In this document: piece by piece, positions 14,101 through 28,250 of the stretch
How the letters are laid out: the number at the start of each line of letters is the position of its first letter
Numbering within the stretch: the first letter of the stretch is position 1
Source of the DNA: Vicugna vicugna
Taxonomy: Eukaryota
Reading direction: 5' to 3'
Length of the DNA: 64,000 nucleotides
Assembly: GCA_013265495.1 (NCBI GenBank)
Contig: MU058781.1
Location: forward strand, 2,582,158-2,646,157
The notes under the pieces: model-generated
Databases searched by the model: none
What the model saw: only the letters and a program-made list of their open reading frames with translations
Told to the model about the DNA's origin: nothing
Program-made: the position numbers and the translations under genes

Positions 14101-16038
14101 CCAGCTGATGGTTTTCTGGGAAAAGTCCAAGTCTGTTCCCTAGTTGTGTTTAATTATGCCTTTGTCTGCCTTGTTTTGTTTTTATCAAAGGCTTATTCTA
14201 GATTTGTTTCTGCTTAACTATTAGACTTCTTTTCCTGGTATGATCGTCAGTCTTTCTCTTTTTCTAAGTGTCCTAAACCCTTTCTCTGCTCTGTCCCAAC
14301 TCGATACCCAGAATGTCATTCACCAGCATAGTGTGCACATGCCCTGCGTGGTAGAGTGCTTAGTCTGGGTCAGTGTGAGGATGCTGTGACGAAGGACCAA
14401 GGACCCTGCCTTTTTGACTCTTTACTACACTTAGCATAGTTGGCTGTAGGGCTGCCTGTTTATCCTTCAGCAGATGAAAACCTGTTCTGATTTTCAGATG
14501 GAGTAAATGGAGAGATGTTGGGAAACACTTATTTTGAAGTAAGCAGAGGGAATTACACATTTATCTAAGGCAGCCACTAAAATTTGGACATTTGACATCT
14601 CACAGAAATTTCCATTTAGTTTAAAACTAGCAACTCAAGCTGTATCTAGTATGTGCTTATGCCAAGTCTAACCCCTCCAGCTGGCTGCATGTGGCCGTGT
14701 GTTCCTGTCACCCACAGAATTACACAGTCTCAGGAATCTTGTCCCTGTGTTCTTGGGGTGTTAGTAAATACTTTTTCCTTTTTACCTTTTGTGTCAAAAA
14801 TCATACTGTCAGCTGTTTGCTTTTCATGCCTTGATCCAGAGAATGTTTTTGTCAACAGAATGCTGGGCGTCAATGCTAAGAATGTTAATACGTGCCCTCA
14901 GCTTCCAAACGGGGGGGAGCCGTGCAGAGTACAGCTGGAAACTATTCTTGTTGGGGGCTAAGTACTGAGGATAATGTGTGTAAGAAGATGGTTCGGGATT
15001 TAAAACCTATATCACATTTATCCTTAAAATCAATTAGGTGATTTTTTTCCCCCAAATGAAATTCTTTCGAAATGAAACCTGTAGAATACGTTTTTGTCAC
15101 TGGGATTTTGATAGAAAACATTACTCCTTGTAAAAAAGAAAACCTTACGTGCACAATAAGAAGTATTCTTGATAGTGAGCAGCACAGATACCACCGCCTT
15201 TTGGTTTACTTCCTAAAGTTAACAAACGTTCAACTCTGGCCCATTGTATTGTTAAGATGAAAACATAGTTTAATAAAAACCCCAAACAAAACCATGGCTG
15301 CAGTAGTTGCAGGCTTTAAAAAACTTTCCCCAGATTGCTGTCGTTTGTCTGGATTTCAGAGTAGTTTTCCTAAACATATGAGAAAAACATAAACAGACAA
15401 ATTACAGCAACAAAAGAATGTTCAAGGGGGAGGTGTCGCTCGCTTCCCGGGGAGCCTGAGGGGAGGTAGTCCTCGCTCCGCCAGCAGGGGTCGCTGTCCG
15501 GCAGCTATGGGAAGGCAGCTTGCAGTTCATCCAACTGAAACCCATTAGGGAAGTGGTTTAACTTTGGAGAAATGATACTGCTACACTGGATCCCTTTTTT
15601 TCCCCTCATGAATTTAAATTCATAGAATTAATAAAATTTCACTGAGTATTGGAAGGTTTTATTTATAATGAGTTGGGAATGTGTCTAGGAGCACGTAAAT
15701 AGAAGTTTTATAGGCCATTTACTTAGGAATTTTTTCAGTATGCATGGGTCCCTTGTATCTGTTCTGGGGTCCCTGGGGGGTGCAGCGGTGAGCCACAGGC
15801 TGCACCCTCCGGGAACAGCACAGTCTGTATTGTACACACCAAGGAAGGGACAGTGTCGTATGACTAAATGTATCTTATTAGAATAACTACAGGACTTCTA
15901 AATACATAAAGAGCGGTTTCCAAAATCTGGCTTTGCTTTCTAACCATGTCTCAGTCTCGACGTCTGTGTGTAAAATGATATTTAGTATCCACTCTGTCAC
16001 AGGTGGCTGTTTCTAAGTTTAAACATGACAGTAAAGAT

Positions 16039-16220
16039 GTTGGCAAACTTTTTCTGTAAAGGGCCTGATAATAAATGCTTTAGGCTTATGGGCCACAGTC
16101 TCTGTGGCTGTGGCACAAAAACTGCCAGAAACTGTGTAAACGATGGCCCTGGCTGTGTTCTAGAAAACCTTTATGTAAAGGGACACGCTGGGGCCACACG
16201 GGGCCAGCAGCTGTGGAGTC
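16039..16220. mobile_element. MER58A-like hAT-Charlie DNA transposon remnant
   Basis: gttggcaaactttttctgtaaagggcc...taaatgctttaggctt...tggctgtgttc..gaaaacctttat matches the remembered MER58A consensus. Confidence 0.75.
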
Positions 16221-17879
16221 GGGTGCCCTGTAGTTACTAAGCGGGGGGGGGGGGTCACTCACTATAGCAAAATGAACAGTACCACAAAGTCCAAGATGGC
16301 AGGTTTTGGAGCAGTTAACTGGTCTGTATTCCTGGCCATGTGATTGTGGACAAGTCATCTTTCCTTTCTGGGTCTCTATCTGCACAACGTCTGACTCGGC
16401 AGTAACAGCCTCCTCTGGGGGCAGGGGTTAAGGGGGCAGCACAGTAACATGAAAGGACCTTATTAGCCTGAATCCAAAGAGAGAGCAGGGGTGTGTGGGC
16501 TTTGTTTCAGTGCTGTGGATAATTAAAAGGATGCCGCTGTCTTAGGTCCATTTAGGTTACCCGTCTTATCTTCTCTCCGTCACTCCAGAATAGCCACCCT
16601 GTTTAACAAATCTGTAATGATCCCAAATTCATTTTCAGGTTTCCAAACATTGAGAGTAGTCGTCCCCTTCAGGTTTTTCGAGACACTGCATGCAGAAAGA
16701 GAAACATTATTTGGTCCTTACCTTGGGGAAGGAAAACTCTAGGAAGGAATACCAGCTCTTCCTAAGTCCTCTGTGAGCTGTAGACACATGGCTCTGTCCA
16801 GGGAGGGAAAAAAGGTCCTGTGTGTCTCCCCACCCCCCACCCCATAATACTGCAAACCTTGGTCTGAAATTTGGTATCATCAAGGCAAAACAGATTAAAA
16901 TGGAGCCAAATAGTTTTTCCCCTTTCCCTATTAAAAAAAAGCATGTGGTACTTTTTATAAATCCTTCACATAAGTTGCATACACTAGAATTTTATATCTA
17001 TATGTAAAATAAAACATAAGATTTATAATTATTCTTAAACTTCCATACTTATCATAAAATGCAGTGAATTTCTTGTGAAATTTAAGTTTATTAGTTTACA
17101 TTCTTCTTGGGGATTGTATTTTATACATTCCACTATTCATAATACAATTACTTGAAGCTTTTAATGTTTGTACCTATAAATATTCAACTCATGTATATTT
17201 ATAAGCTGGGTTATTGACTACAATTAATTGTTGACCTTCTTTAGATCATTCTGTTATGTTTTTATAATATGACATTCTAGTGTGGACTGTTCAGCACAGA
17301 CTCAGGAGCCAGACAGACCTGGGTTTGAATCTTGGCTCTGATATTTGAGCTGTGGTGAGCACTACACTTTAACATAATTAGCTGCCTTTTAAATTTTTTA
17401 AAAATCACTAAGAAAAAGTCAGATCCTTAATTAGTCCTTGTTTTTGTTACGATCAGATAGCACTGGTCTGTGTAGCGCAAAGCCAGATTCTCTTAAAGAG
17501 TCTGGATGGCTAGAACCCGAGCAGAGCCATTTAGGCTCATCTGCATAACTGAGTAAGATGCAAAAAAGAGGCACAAGACACAAGACAGGAATAGTTTTAA
17601 GTGCTCGATGTTTAAAGCATATATATGGGTTAAGGTATCTTTTGGTGAAATTTCCTGTGCTTTTAAATTAAACAAGAGAAGTGTTGGCATTTGTTTCAAT
17701 TAATAGTTTCCTATTAAACAGGAAACAAAAAAATTGCTTGTCAGAAAGAGATGTCTTGGTGAGTATAGTAAGCAGGGAGATGGGAGACTGCAAACTTATC
17801 TAAATGAGACAGAATATTGGTGTCAATAGAGTAAAATAAAGATCCTGGAGCATTGGCAGATAGTTTTTTTTTTTAAATG

Positions 17880-20800
17880 TCATTTTTAAAAAGTTATTTT
17901 AGTCTTATATAAAAGTTGAAAAACTAGTAAGACAGTTCCTGTATACTCTGTACTCAGCCTCCCCTTATGCTAGCCTCTTCCATAACCGCGGAACATTTGT
18001 CAACACTAAGAAGCTAACCTCAGCTCAGTGTCACTGAGGTCTGGGACTTCCTGCTCTTTCCACTGGCGTCCTTTGCCTGTCCCCGGCTCCCCTCCAGGAT
18101 CCCACGTGGTGTAGTCGTCATGGCTCCCACAGTGCATTCCTCAGTCTTTCCTGACCTTGACATTTGTAGAGAGTACTGATCAGTTATTTTGTAGAATGTT
18201 CGCAATCTGGGTTTTCTGATGTGTTCATGGCTGGACTGAGGTTGTTCGTCACTGGGAAGGTGCCACAGGGTGACTGTGCTCCTCTCAGTGCGTCGTATCA
18301 GGGGAATGTTATGTCAGTGAGTATTGCTGCCTTCATTGCTTGGCTAAGGTGATGTCTGCCAGGACTACCTATTATAAACTGACTGTTGTTCCCCTTATAA
18401 ATCTTTAAAACTTTAATATTTGCAGAGATACTTGGACACTCTGCAGATGGATCTTGCTTGTGGTAAGTTTCTTATGGAGTTTTAATTTATTAATGAGAAT
18501 ATTCTGCAAGGAAAAGTTACCATTTCTCCATTTGTTCATTCATCTGTTCGTTCACTTACATCAGTATGGATGCAAGGATCTGTATTTATTTGGGGTTACA
18601 ACCCAGTACTATTGTTACTTATTGTGATGCTCAAGTTCTCATTGGCCATTGAGAGCTCTCTGAGGTCTGTTCCTGTTCCTCTCAAAATGCCTTTTTTTTT
18701 TCTTTAAGCAGTTCCTGACTTTCTGACACCCCAAGATACTCCAGCTCTGGAACTGACCATTTCTCCAGGGACCCTGGTTCCCTTTACTGGAGAATGGTAT
18801 TTAGGAGCCAAGATACAGCCGGTGGGTGGTGTTCACAGCTAACCTGTCACTGCTTCTAGCCCCTCCCACTGGAGACAGCTGGGAGCTACATGCACGTATG
18901 CGGACTCATACCTGCACACACGTCTGTGTGTTCTGTATTTGTGTATGTGTGTCTGTATTTGTGTATGTGTGTATACACACATGCACCATACATGTGAGTG
19001 AGTATATGAGTCTATAGTGATAACTCCAACACCAATCTAGCACCACGGAGTTTATTCCTTTTTCTTTCACTGACAGTGAGAAACCTGATTCTCATCTACA
19101 ATACGTTTACTGATTTGTTCAACTCTAGTATACCAGTAGACTGGCTCCGGAAAGGCTGATGCACCTGTGACAGGCAGACTCAGAATCACAGCAGTGTGTG
19201 TGTACAGCTCTTTTGTCTTCAGCCTTTGCATTATCTGGTCAGAACCCTCTTTGCCAGGGTTACCTAGGTCATGGTTATGGGGTTCATTTGTATCAGTCAC
19301 CTAGCTCAGCTTGCATTCCATCATAGGTTCCCCCCCACATCTTGGTTATGTTATAATTTACACACTGTAAGATTCACTTTATGGTGTACAGACAGTCCTG
19401 TGGTCTTTGCCAATGCATAGGATTGTACGTCCACCCCTACGGTTCCACACAGGACAGTTCCATCACCCCAAAAGTCCCCTGTGCCACTTCTTTACAGACA
19501 ACCCTCCCCTCCGCCCACCCACCTAGTAACCCCATGCAACCACTGATCTCTTTTCCTCCCTGTATTTCTCTCTTTTCCAGAGTGTCGTGAGAGGAACCAG
19601 AGTAAGTAGTTTTGGGGGTCTGGCTTCTTTCGCTTAGCAGAATACATGTAAGACTCATCCTTGTTGTGTGAGTCAACAGTTCGTTCCTCTGCGGCTGAGT
19701 AGTATTCCACTGTATTGTCGGGCCATCGCTTCTCATCCATTGACCAATTGATATATATCTGCATTCCTTTCTATTTTTGGCAATTGTAAATGTTATGAAA
19801 CATTTGTGTACAGGTTTTTCTGTGAATGAGGTTTCCATTTCTCCAGGGTTTGATACTAGGAGTGAGATTTCCCATATCTTCAGAAGTTTTATAGTTTTAT
19901 ACTTTATATAACCTATTTTGAGTCACTATTTGTATAAGGTGTAAGGAATATGTCATTTTTTGGTACACGTAAGCCCATTAGTTTTAGCACCATTTATTGA
20001 AAAGGCTGTATTTTCCCCATGGATTTGCCTTTGTCAAAACCTGGCTAACTGTATTTGTGTAGTCTTTGTCTCTGGACTCTCTTTTCTAATCTATTGATTG
20101 CTTACGTCTGACTTTCAGCCAGTACTGCACTGTCTTTAGTGTAAGTTCTTCAACTTTTCTTTTTCCAAAATTATTCTGGCTCTTCTAGTTTCTCTTTTTT
20201 CCCATAGAAATTTTAGAATTAGGTTGTCAATATCTACAAAATGCTTTTTAATAGAACTGTATTGCATCGATATATCAAATTGGGGCAAAATGCTATCTTA
20301 ACAGTATTGAAACTTCTAACCTATGAATCGAGTATACTTCTTCATTTATTTCCCACATTTAATTTCTTTTTTGTATGTGTTTTGTAGTTTTCAACATATA
20401 GAACCTGCACATTTAAAAATTTATACCGAAGTCTTTCATTCTTTTGGTGCTAATATAAATAATGTTGTATTTTAAATTTTGAATTCCAGTTGTTCATTGG
20501 TAGGGTGTGAGAATTTTTCATATACTTCCTTACTATACTTTTAATTTGTATAGGGTGTGCAGTGATAGCCCCCCTTTCTTTCCTAATGTTGGTCATTTGT
20601 ATCTTTTTTTTTCTTTGCCAGTGTTAGTAGAGATTTGTCAATTTTAATAATTTTCCCCCAAAGACCCAACTTTTTGTTCCATTGGCTTTTTCTGTTTTTC
20701 TTTGGTCAGTTTTCTTTCTTTTTTCATCTCTATTATTTCCTTCCTGCTCTTTGCTTTGGGTTTAGTTTTATTCTTTTTCTAATTTCTAAAGATGAGAACT

Positions 20801-23400
20801 TATTTGAGCACTTTCTTTTCTAATAGAAATGTTAGATATAGTAAATTTCCCACTAACCAGAGCTTTAACTGCATCCCACAAGTTTTGAATTTCATATTTT
20901 AATTTTTATCCAGTTCAGCATATTTCTAGCGTTCCTTTGACATGTCCTTTTTTTACCCCGGGGCTGTTTACAGCTGTGTGTGTAATTCTGAAGTGTCTGG
21001 GGCTTGTTCAGGCATTTTCCAGCTATTGCTTTCTAGTTTAATTCTGTTTTTATCCAAAAACATACTCTGTATGATGTTTATACATTGAAATTTGTTGAGA
21101 TTGGCTTGGTAGCTCAAAATATGCTATATATTAGTGAATGTTCCGTGTACACTTACAAGGAAAGCATATCCTGCTGCTGTTGGATGGAACGTAACTGTTA
21201 ACTAGATCTAGGGGGTTGATAGTGTTTTTCAAGTCTTCTGTTCTTTCTTACTGATTTTCTGTATACTTATTTCATCAATCACTGAGAGTGGAGTGTTGAA
21301 GTCTTCAACTATAATTGTGGATTTGCTTACTTTTTGTTTTAGCCTCATTAATTTTGAAGCATTGGTTTAACTGCTACATATTTACTATTGGTATGTGTTC
21401 ACAGGGAGGTAAACCCTTTATCATTACATAATATTCCTGTTCATCCTTGATAATATGTGTCTACTTCGATATTAGTATATAGTTTTTTCAGTTGTATCTT
21501 AATGTTTTAAGGCACTTCTTTCTCTAAACTTTACTTTCAATCTATTATGTCTTTCTATATGAAAAGGATTTCTCATACACAACACAACTTGGGACTTGCT
21601 TTTTTATCCAGTCTATCAATTTTTCTTTTAATTCATGTGTTAGACCAATCCTTTTAATGTTATTTTTCATGTAGCTGGAACAAAATCTACTCTTGCCAGC
21701 TATTTTCTATTTGTTTTTTTCCTTCTTTGTATGCCTAAAACATTTTTATGGTTATATATATTTTCTCCTATTGACTTGTCTTTTAAGAAAATTTAGTTGT
21801 CTGCCTTCAAATATTACATGTCATATAAAGACTTTGTAACAGTATATTCACAATTGCTTCTTTCCATCCTTTGTGCTATTGTTGTCCTATCTTTTACATT
21901 TATACATGCTGCAAGCACACGGCACAGTTACTACCATAGACATTATCTTTTAGAATGAGCAATTTAAAGGTTTTAAAATTTTTTATCTTCATTTATTCTA
22001 TTTCTGTTGCTTTTTTTTTTTGAGTAAATATGAATTCCCATCCAATACCATATTCTCTCTGCCTAAAGAGCTTCCTTTCACGTGTATCATCCAGTAGGTC
22101 TGCTGGCACTGGAGCACCCAGTCTGTGTTTTCTAAGAAATTCTGTATTTATCTTGCATCTTTGAAAACTATTTTCAATGGGCATAGAATTTTTTGTTGCT
22201 GTTTTGTCACCGTCACCGTGTTTCACTGGTAGCACTCCATTTTTTTCCTCAGTTTCCATCTTGCAGCTGAAACTCCCACTTGTTATTGTATGTTGTTCAC
22301 CTTTCTCACTAAAGCCTTTAACTTACCAATTACTTCAAATTCTCTGAAAGTTCTTACATCTGTATCATATGACTGGTTCTGATTGCTTTTTCTATGGCTT
22401 TTCTTGCCTTGTAATTTTTGTTGAAAGCTAGACGTCTTGTGGAAGACAGTAGAGACTAATGTAAACAGTTTTATGCCTGACAAGGAGCATGCCCCTCCTG
22501 CTAGGCCTTCTGTGAGGGAGTTGGAGCTTCTCTAGCGAGGAGTTAGATTGGACTGGAGAGATTTGTTGTTAAGGCTACCATCAGAGTACCAGGAGCTTGA
22601 TTCCTATAGAGACACTTTTTACTTGGGATGGGGGTTGGATTACAAGAGAAATGCTTGTTTGGTTCCAGTTTTCAGTCTTTCCTTTGTGCTGTGCCTCAGA
22701 GGGCTTACACATTCTGTTCTTCTGTTCCCCTCCCAGCAGTTTTTTTTCGCTCTAACCGCTCATTTGAAGCTCCTTAGCTCAGCATTAGGAGGTAGGAAGG
22801 TGAGATGCTACCTCTCTTCTGCTCCAGCCTGTCTTCTGCGTGCACCATGTTCTCAGGTCTCTGGGCCTATTGCCCTCTCACTGTTCTAGCCTCCCTCAGC
22901 TGTTATGGTAGACTCAGCTGGCACTCTTGTCCCTCCTTAAAGAGTAGTATTTTTTTCTACTTATCCCCCCTCCCGAATGTAGTAAGTTTTCACCTGTGTC
23001 CTGGGGGCAAGAATGCTCTGTGCCCTTCTCTCACAGGATAAAGTGTTTGTTCCCTGGTGGAGAGAGGGGAGATGGACCCGGGTGGAGTTCCTTGTTCCTC
23101 CTAAATGGCTGCTGCTCCTCTCCCCCAGATCGGGACCACACTGGATACTCAGTGCTCTTTTCTGGAGTGCTTGAGTGGTGTGCATAACACACAGCCTGCA
23201 GGAGAGTTGTAGCAGAGGATTCCGAGTCCTGCCAGCCCACACTTGGCTCTAGACAATCTGTCAACCATTTAGCTCAGCTCCTTTGACCAGTGTCCTGTTG
23301 CATCTACCTCAGATGACACAAGCTTGTGTCTCCTCTCTTCCTACAGACACTATCTCTATGTTGCTAGAGTTTGGGTTATTTGATTGTCTGGAACTTCAGC
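17880..23400 (-). mobile_element. Fragmented old L1 (L1M-type) elements antisense to HIVEP1 in the 18-kb intron
   Basis: T-rich + strand with reverse-complement L1 3'-end and ORF2 motifs (ggctgagtagtattccactgt, agcaccatttattgaaaagg, gtgttgaagtcttcaactataattgtgga). No intact ORF. Confidence 0.8.
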
Positions 23401-24844
23401 CTTATGATGGGTTAGGGAAAAGATGGAAGTTTAAAGTTAGGCCTGTTCTAACAACAGTTTTTTTTTTTTAAGGTAAAGCAAGTACCATCCTAGTCATACT
23501 TGACTTTGCAGCAAGGTTGGCCTCTGATGAAATCAGCCTTTCTTTCCATTTAACTGTTCCTGCCAGTCAGTCCTCTGATTTCTTGGATTTTTTTCTACTT
23601 TATCCTTTGAAAGAAAAGTTCTTTCTTATTAAAATCACTAAAAATATACCTGATTTGGCACTAATGTGGCAAATTCAGAACTTATGGGGAATGACAAATT
23701 TTAGAATTTCAAACATCAGACAAGGTAAAGGAGAGGTATCTGAGGCAGGAGTCAGGGCATCTACCCAGAAATCACCCGTTCCGTGTCCGGCGTGGGCTTC
23801 TGAAAGGATTCAACAGATTGGTGTTATTGTATGTATTATTTTACAGCAAGACAGTGGAACCCATAAAGCAAAAAAGACTTACGAAATCACACATACTAAA
23901 GGAACCTAAATGCATATCTTTTGTCTTTGAATGTTTTAACACATTGATTGCCACGTCACCGAAATCTGGGTGACAGCTGTGTCCTCGGGGGCACCCGATC
24001 CATAGTGGGTGATCAACATGTCAAAACAACATACAAGTTCTAGTCTGTTCTATCATCCTCAAATGTTTGGGCATTGATGCTTTTTTCTCTAAGAACTTAT
24101 CTTTGTAATATAGAAAGTAAATTAATATGCAAACTATTTGGAAAACCGAGGAAATATACCTATTAATTACTTCTCTGTTTACATATTTTTCTCTTCAAAA
24201 AGTATATGTAAATGCAGGTATCACAGCTAAGCTGCATGTGGTCTAATGCCTTTATTATAGTTCAGTGACAATGAGTTGGGATAGACATTTAACTTTATAA
24301 AGTTTATTAGTTTTTTAAGGGAAATGCATGTAATTTTGCAAGATTTTGAATAGATAAGGTTTTCAGTTTAGTTTCACATGAGCTTACAAGAATTCTTAAA
24401 GTATTCCCTGAACTATCTTGAATAGTTCTTGTTAAACAGCCTCACATGACATTGTAAGGCTGAAGATATTAATAATGTTTAATTAACGTTCCCCTTCTTG
24501 TGAGAAGTGGGTTGAATCATCATAGAAGAAAAATGGGAAAATTTAGCACCTTAGTTAAAAAAAAAAAGGTAGAGATTAAATATTAGAGACTATTACTACC
24601 CAGAGGAAGTAGAAACATCTAAAATACTATTCAGATATTAATGATAATTAGTCTGTTTACAAATATGAAATGCCATCAGTTTGTTTTTGTTTTAATTTTT
24701 CAATAACTGGGAGATACAACCGAGCAGAGAGACAAGAGCTCAGGAAAAGAGTTGAACTTAACTATTAAATTTGGGGGGGTAGTTCATTCTTACTTGGGGG
24801 GTTTACAAGTCTACCTGAGGCCCTTATTTCTAGGTTTCCTTATG

Positions 24845-25560
24845 TATCGCCCCCCTCTGGCGCTCAGGAGTTCACGTGCTGCATCCTTAGGGAAGCCTGT
24901 CCTGGCCACGCGCTCTATCGGCCTCGCTCCCGCGTTCCTGCCGCCCGGACCGCCCTCCTCCCCGTGTCCCTCTCCTCGACTAAACTGTGGGCTCTGTGGG
25001 TGGAGCCCTTGCCTTGACTGTTCCTCCCTGTGTTGCCAAGCTTATGAAAAAGAAACGATTGTATTCGTCCACTTGCAAAACATTCTATAACATACTCTCG
25101 GTTGTTTTTATCAGATGAAAAACAGCGCTTCACTTACGAGCGGTCGGGATATGATCTGGAAGAATCGGATGGCCCCGACGAGGAGGATAACGAGAATGAG
25201 GATGAGGATGAGGACAGCCAGGCCGAGTCGGTCCTGTCCGCCGCCCCCTCCGCCACCGCCAGCCCGCAGCACCTGCCAGCGAGAAGCAGCCCTCAGGACC
25301 CTGGGGGTGCGGACGAGGACGGCAGGATTCCCGAGTGCTTTCCGGGGGGACACACGGACCCGATGGACGTGCTGCCCAGGGCGCTGCCCACCAAGATGAC
25401 CGTGCTGAGTGCCGTGCGGTCCGACCACGGCAGGAAGACAGGGTCCCCGGAGAGGAGCGGGCAGCAGGCTGCGGGAGACGAGGAGGCGGCAGCCACTCCC
25501 GCCGACTCTGCCAGGTCACCTGAGGCTGCGCCCCGGTCCCCATGTCACCAGATGTCTGTA
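24845..25560. other. Intragenic CpG-rich segment over the penultimate exon and the adjacent upstream intron
   Basis: Dense CG dinucleotides by eye against an AT-rich, CpG-poor background. Not computed. Confidence 0.65.
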
Positions 25561-25626
25561 GACTACCCTGAATCCGAAGAGATCCCAAGGAGTTCTGTGG
25601 CAGGAGAGGTTATTGCTTTAACACAG
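25115..25626 (+). CDS. HIVEP1: HIVEP1 penultimate exon: acidic region ([39 protein letters not shown] ... EVIALTQ)
   Basis: tttttatcag acceptor and acag|gtaata donor. 512 nt, phase 1 to phase 0. Lies within ORF 25102..25671. An acidic stretch after the fingers is typical of the ZAS domain. Confidence 0.95.
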
Positions 25627-27184
25627 GTAATACAGTGGGTGGTTGTGGTTTTCCTTTTGTTTAACCTATGAAATATGGAGAACCTAATGGCTTAAGAAAA
25701 TAATGTACTTAAGTTACTCATTTATAGCTAAGTCCATTTCTTTAACCTGATTTTTTTTGTTCTATTTAAGGCTAAAGGACATTTGTCCTTGGGATTCTTG
25801 TTAGGTATTTTAGTCAAGAGTTCACACATTTTAAATCTGAAAGAACCAAATGGATCCTTCAACATACTCATTTATCATTACTTGCATTTTTAAGGAAAAG
25901 CCTTGCCATAAAAGATGTGTATGTGCCAGTGGAGAACATGTCTTGGGACCTGTGTATTCCATGGCTTACTCTGCGTTCTCCCACTGGCACTGGTGTGATA
26001 GATTTGTACTAAATGGTCCCAACATTTTGCATTTGCCTCTGTTGGCAAGGCAGCTGCCAGTTTCCGTGGCAAAGTTAATGTGAACCCAAAAACGTATGGA
26101 GAAGTTCACTTTGCTTAAATGATCCAATCGCTGTGGCAGCTTAAGAAAGCTTCCAGCCCAAGAACTAGCTCAGGGCCAGACTGAGGCCTCGGGAAAGTCA
26201 CCCTCCTGTGAGCTGAGAATGATTTCCTGCTTTTACAAACCGTGGTGGAATCCAGGGAATTCTGTGAGGAATCCATTCGGTTCATTCTTCCCTCTCACTG
26301 ATAGGTCTCTCACCTGTGTGGACTGATGATCACAATGGGATTTATTTCTAAACGTGACAGAACTGGGTTTGCTGGGTGCCACTGCTGAAAAAGACTGTGA
26401 AAGTCTGGATTCCTATAGACTATCCTACATTAATATAACAAATTATATACATATTTAAATTATATTCATATTTAAATTAACATACATATATAGCTCCTAT
26501 AATATAGATATTATCACAGAAGAGAGCTAATATTTAAATGATAATCTTAGGTGGAAGGGAAGATTGGCAATATTTATCCCTTCTAATACCATTTCATTAC
26601 CGTCATACTAGTCACCTGTGCCCTAAGCATCTCTTAACCCCAAATCTCTCACACCTGCCAGGGTCATAAATCTGGTTTTCAGTAGACATTTCATACACTT
26701 ACGAATGAATGAAGGAACAAAGAAAACTGCAGACCTTTTCATTAATGACAACTCTTTACTGCATAAATGAATAAGCTTCCAGTTAATTTTTCCCCCAAGT
26801 GAACACTCATTAGCCAACTAATATTTCAAAATTTCTCAGTAACTCCTGATTTCCAAAAAAGAGTGGAATGGTGGTGCCCGCAATAACAATGATGGAAGAA
26901 TGTAATTATGGCCACCTCTCAGTTCGTTTTAGTATAAATGATACGCTATCCAGGAAATATGTTTGAAAAATGTAAACTACTGTACAAAATTTGTTGCTGT
27001 TATTTGTACTAGAAAAGTAAAGGTGGAAAGGTGTAATAGGGTTTTAGTTGGAAATTTACTTTTTAATCAAGATAATTTTTAGCAACCTTATAATTCCCAT
27101 AAAAATTTATAAATGTACATACTTTTACCTCAGAAGGCAGACTTCACAGGAGCTAAAAAAGGATTCTTCCGTCTTGTCTTTTAG

Positions 27185-28249
27185 AGCCCATCATCTCCGA
27201 GGCCGCCGCCTCCTGCAGCCCAGCGCAGCCCCCAGACGGGAGGGGGGCCTCCTCCAGCCTCCTCGCCGCAGCCCGCGCCTCCAGCGCAGAAGCTCCCAGG
27301 AACGCTCCATCCGCCACCAGGCCTGCCTTCTCCCCAGACCCATCTGTTCAGCCACCTTCCTTTACATTCCCAGCAACAGTCCAGGACTCCTTACAACCTG
27401 GTCCCCGTTGGGGGAATCCAGGTGGTCCCTGCTGGCCTCACATACTCCACCTTCGTCCCCATCCAGGCGGGGCCCATGCAACTGACGATTCCTGCTGTCA
27501 ACGTCATTCACAGAACCGTGGGCCCCCCTGGGGACCTGGCCGCAGAAGTTTCTGGCACCACAGAACCCGCCGGAGTGACTGAATTAAGCAGCGTCCTGCC
27601 CTGTATTCCCATCGGCCAGATCCGCGTTCCAGGCCTGCAGCCCCTGAGCATGGAAACCGTCAACCTGGTGGGCGCCCGGCCGCCCGGCATCGCCCTGAAG
27701 GCCGTGGGGCTGCAGGTGCTGACCGCCGACCCCTGCGGCCAGGGCAGCCCCGGCCCCCCGGCTCCCGTCCCCGGCCTCCAGATCCTCAACATAGCCTTGC
27801 CCGCGCTGATCCCCTCGGTCGGCCGGGTCCCCGTGGACACCCCCGAAACGCCCGCTACCCAAAACCGAGCGCGGGAGGCGCAGCCCCAGCAGCCGCCCGC
27901 GGCCGGTGCGCAGCAGGGCGGCAGGACCACGTCGCCGCAGGGCTCACCGCGAGTCCGCCGGGAAAACGCCAAGAAGGTTCTCGATCTGCCGGCCCCCGCC
28001 GGGGACCACTCCAGGCTCGAGAGCTCCAGTCAGAGGGGCACGGGGAAGACTGGCCCCGTGAACCACGTGACGCCCCAGCACGAACCCCCCTCCCGGCCCG
28101 GCCAACCGACCTCGGCGCCCCCGCCGGCCCTCCCCCTGGACAGACGGGCGCCGCGGCCCCCCGCGCCCCCGACCCGCAGGCAGGCGGCCCCGCAGCTCAG
28201 CGACCTCAGCAGTGACGACGACGAGGACAGGCTCGTGATCGCCACCTAG
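27185..28249 (+). CDS. HIVEP1: HIVEP1 last coding exon (SPSSPRPPP...[18 protein letters not shown]...[13 protein letters not shown])
   Basis: gtcttttag acceptor at 27184. Open from 27185 and in frame with ORF 27422..28249. Contains the HIVEP-family motif [11 protein letters not shown] and the HIVEP1 C-terminus. TAG at 28247-28249. Confidence 0.95.
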   Translation, partial: SPSSPRPPPPAAQRSPQTGGGPPPASSPQPAPPAQKLPGTLHPPPGLPSPQTHLFSHLPLHSQQQSRTPYNLVPVGGIQVVPAGLTYSTFVPIQAGPMQLTIPAVNVIHRTVGPPGDLAAEVSGTTEPAGVTELSSVLPCIPIGQIRVPGLQPLSMETVNLVGARPPGIALKAVGLQVLTADPCGQGSPGPPAPVPGLQILNIALPALIPSVGRVPVDTPETPATQNRAREAQPQQPPAAGAQQGGRTTSPQGSPRVRRENAKKVLDLPAPAGDHSRLESSSQRGTGKTGPVNHVTPQHEPPSRPGQPTSAPPPALPLDRRAPRPPAPPTRRQAAPQLSDLSSDDDEDRLVIAT

Positions 28250-28250
28250 G
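27190..28250. other. 3' CpG-island-like segment over the last HIVEP1 exon
   Basis: Very GC- and CpG-rich by eye, especially 27670-28240. Confidence 0.75.
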
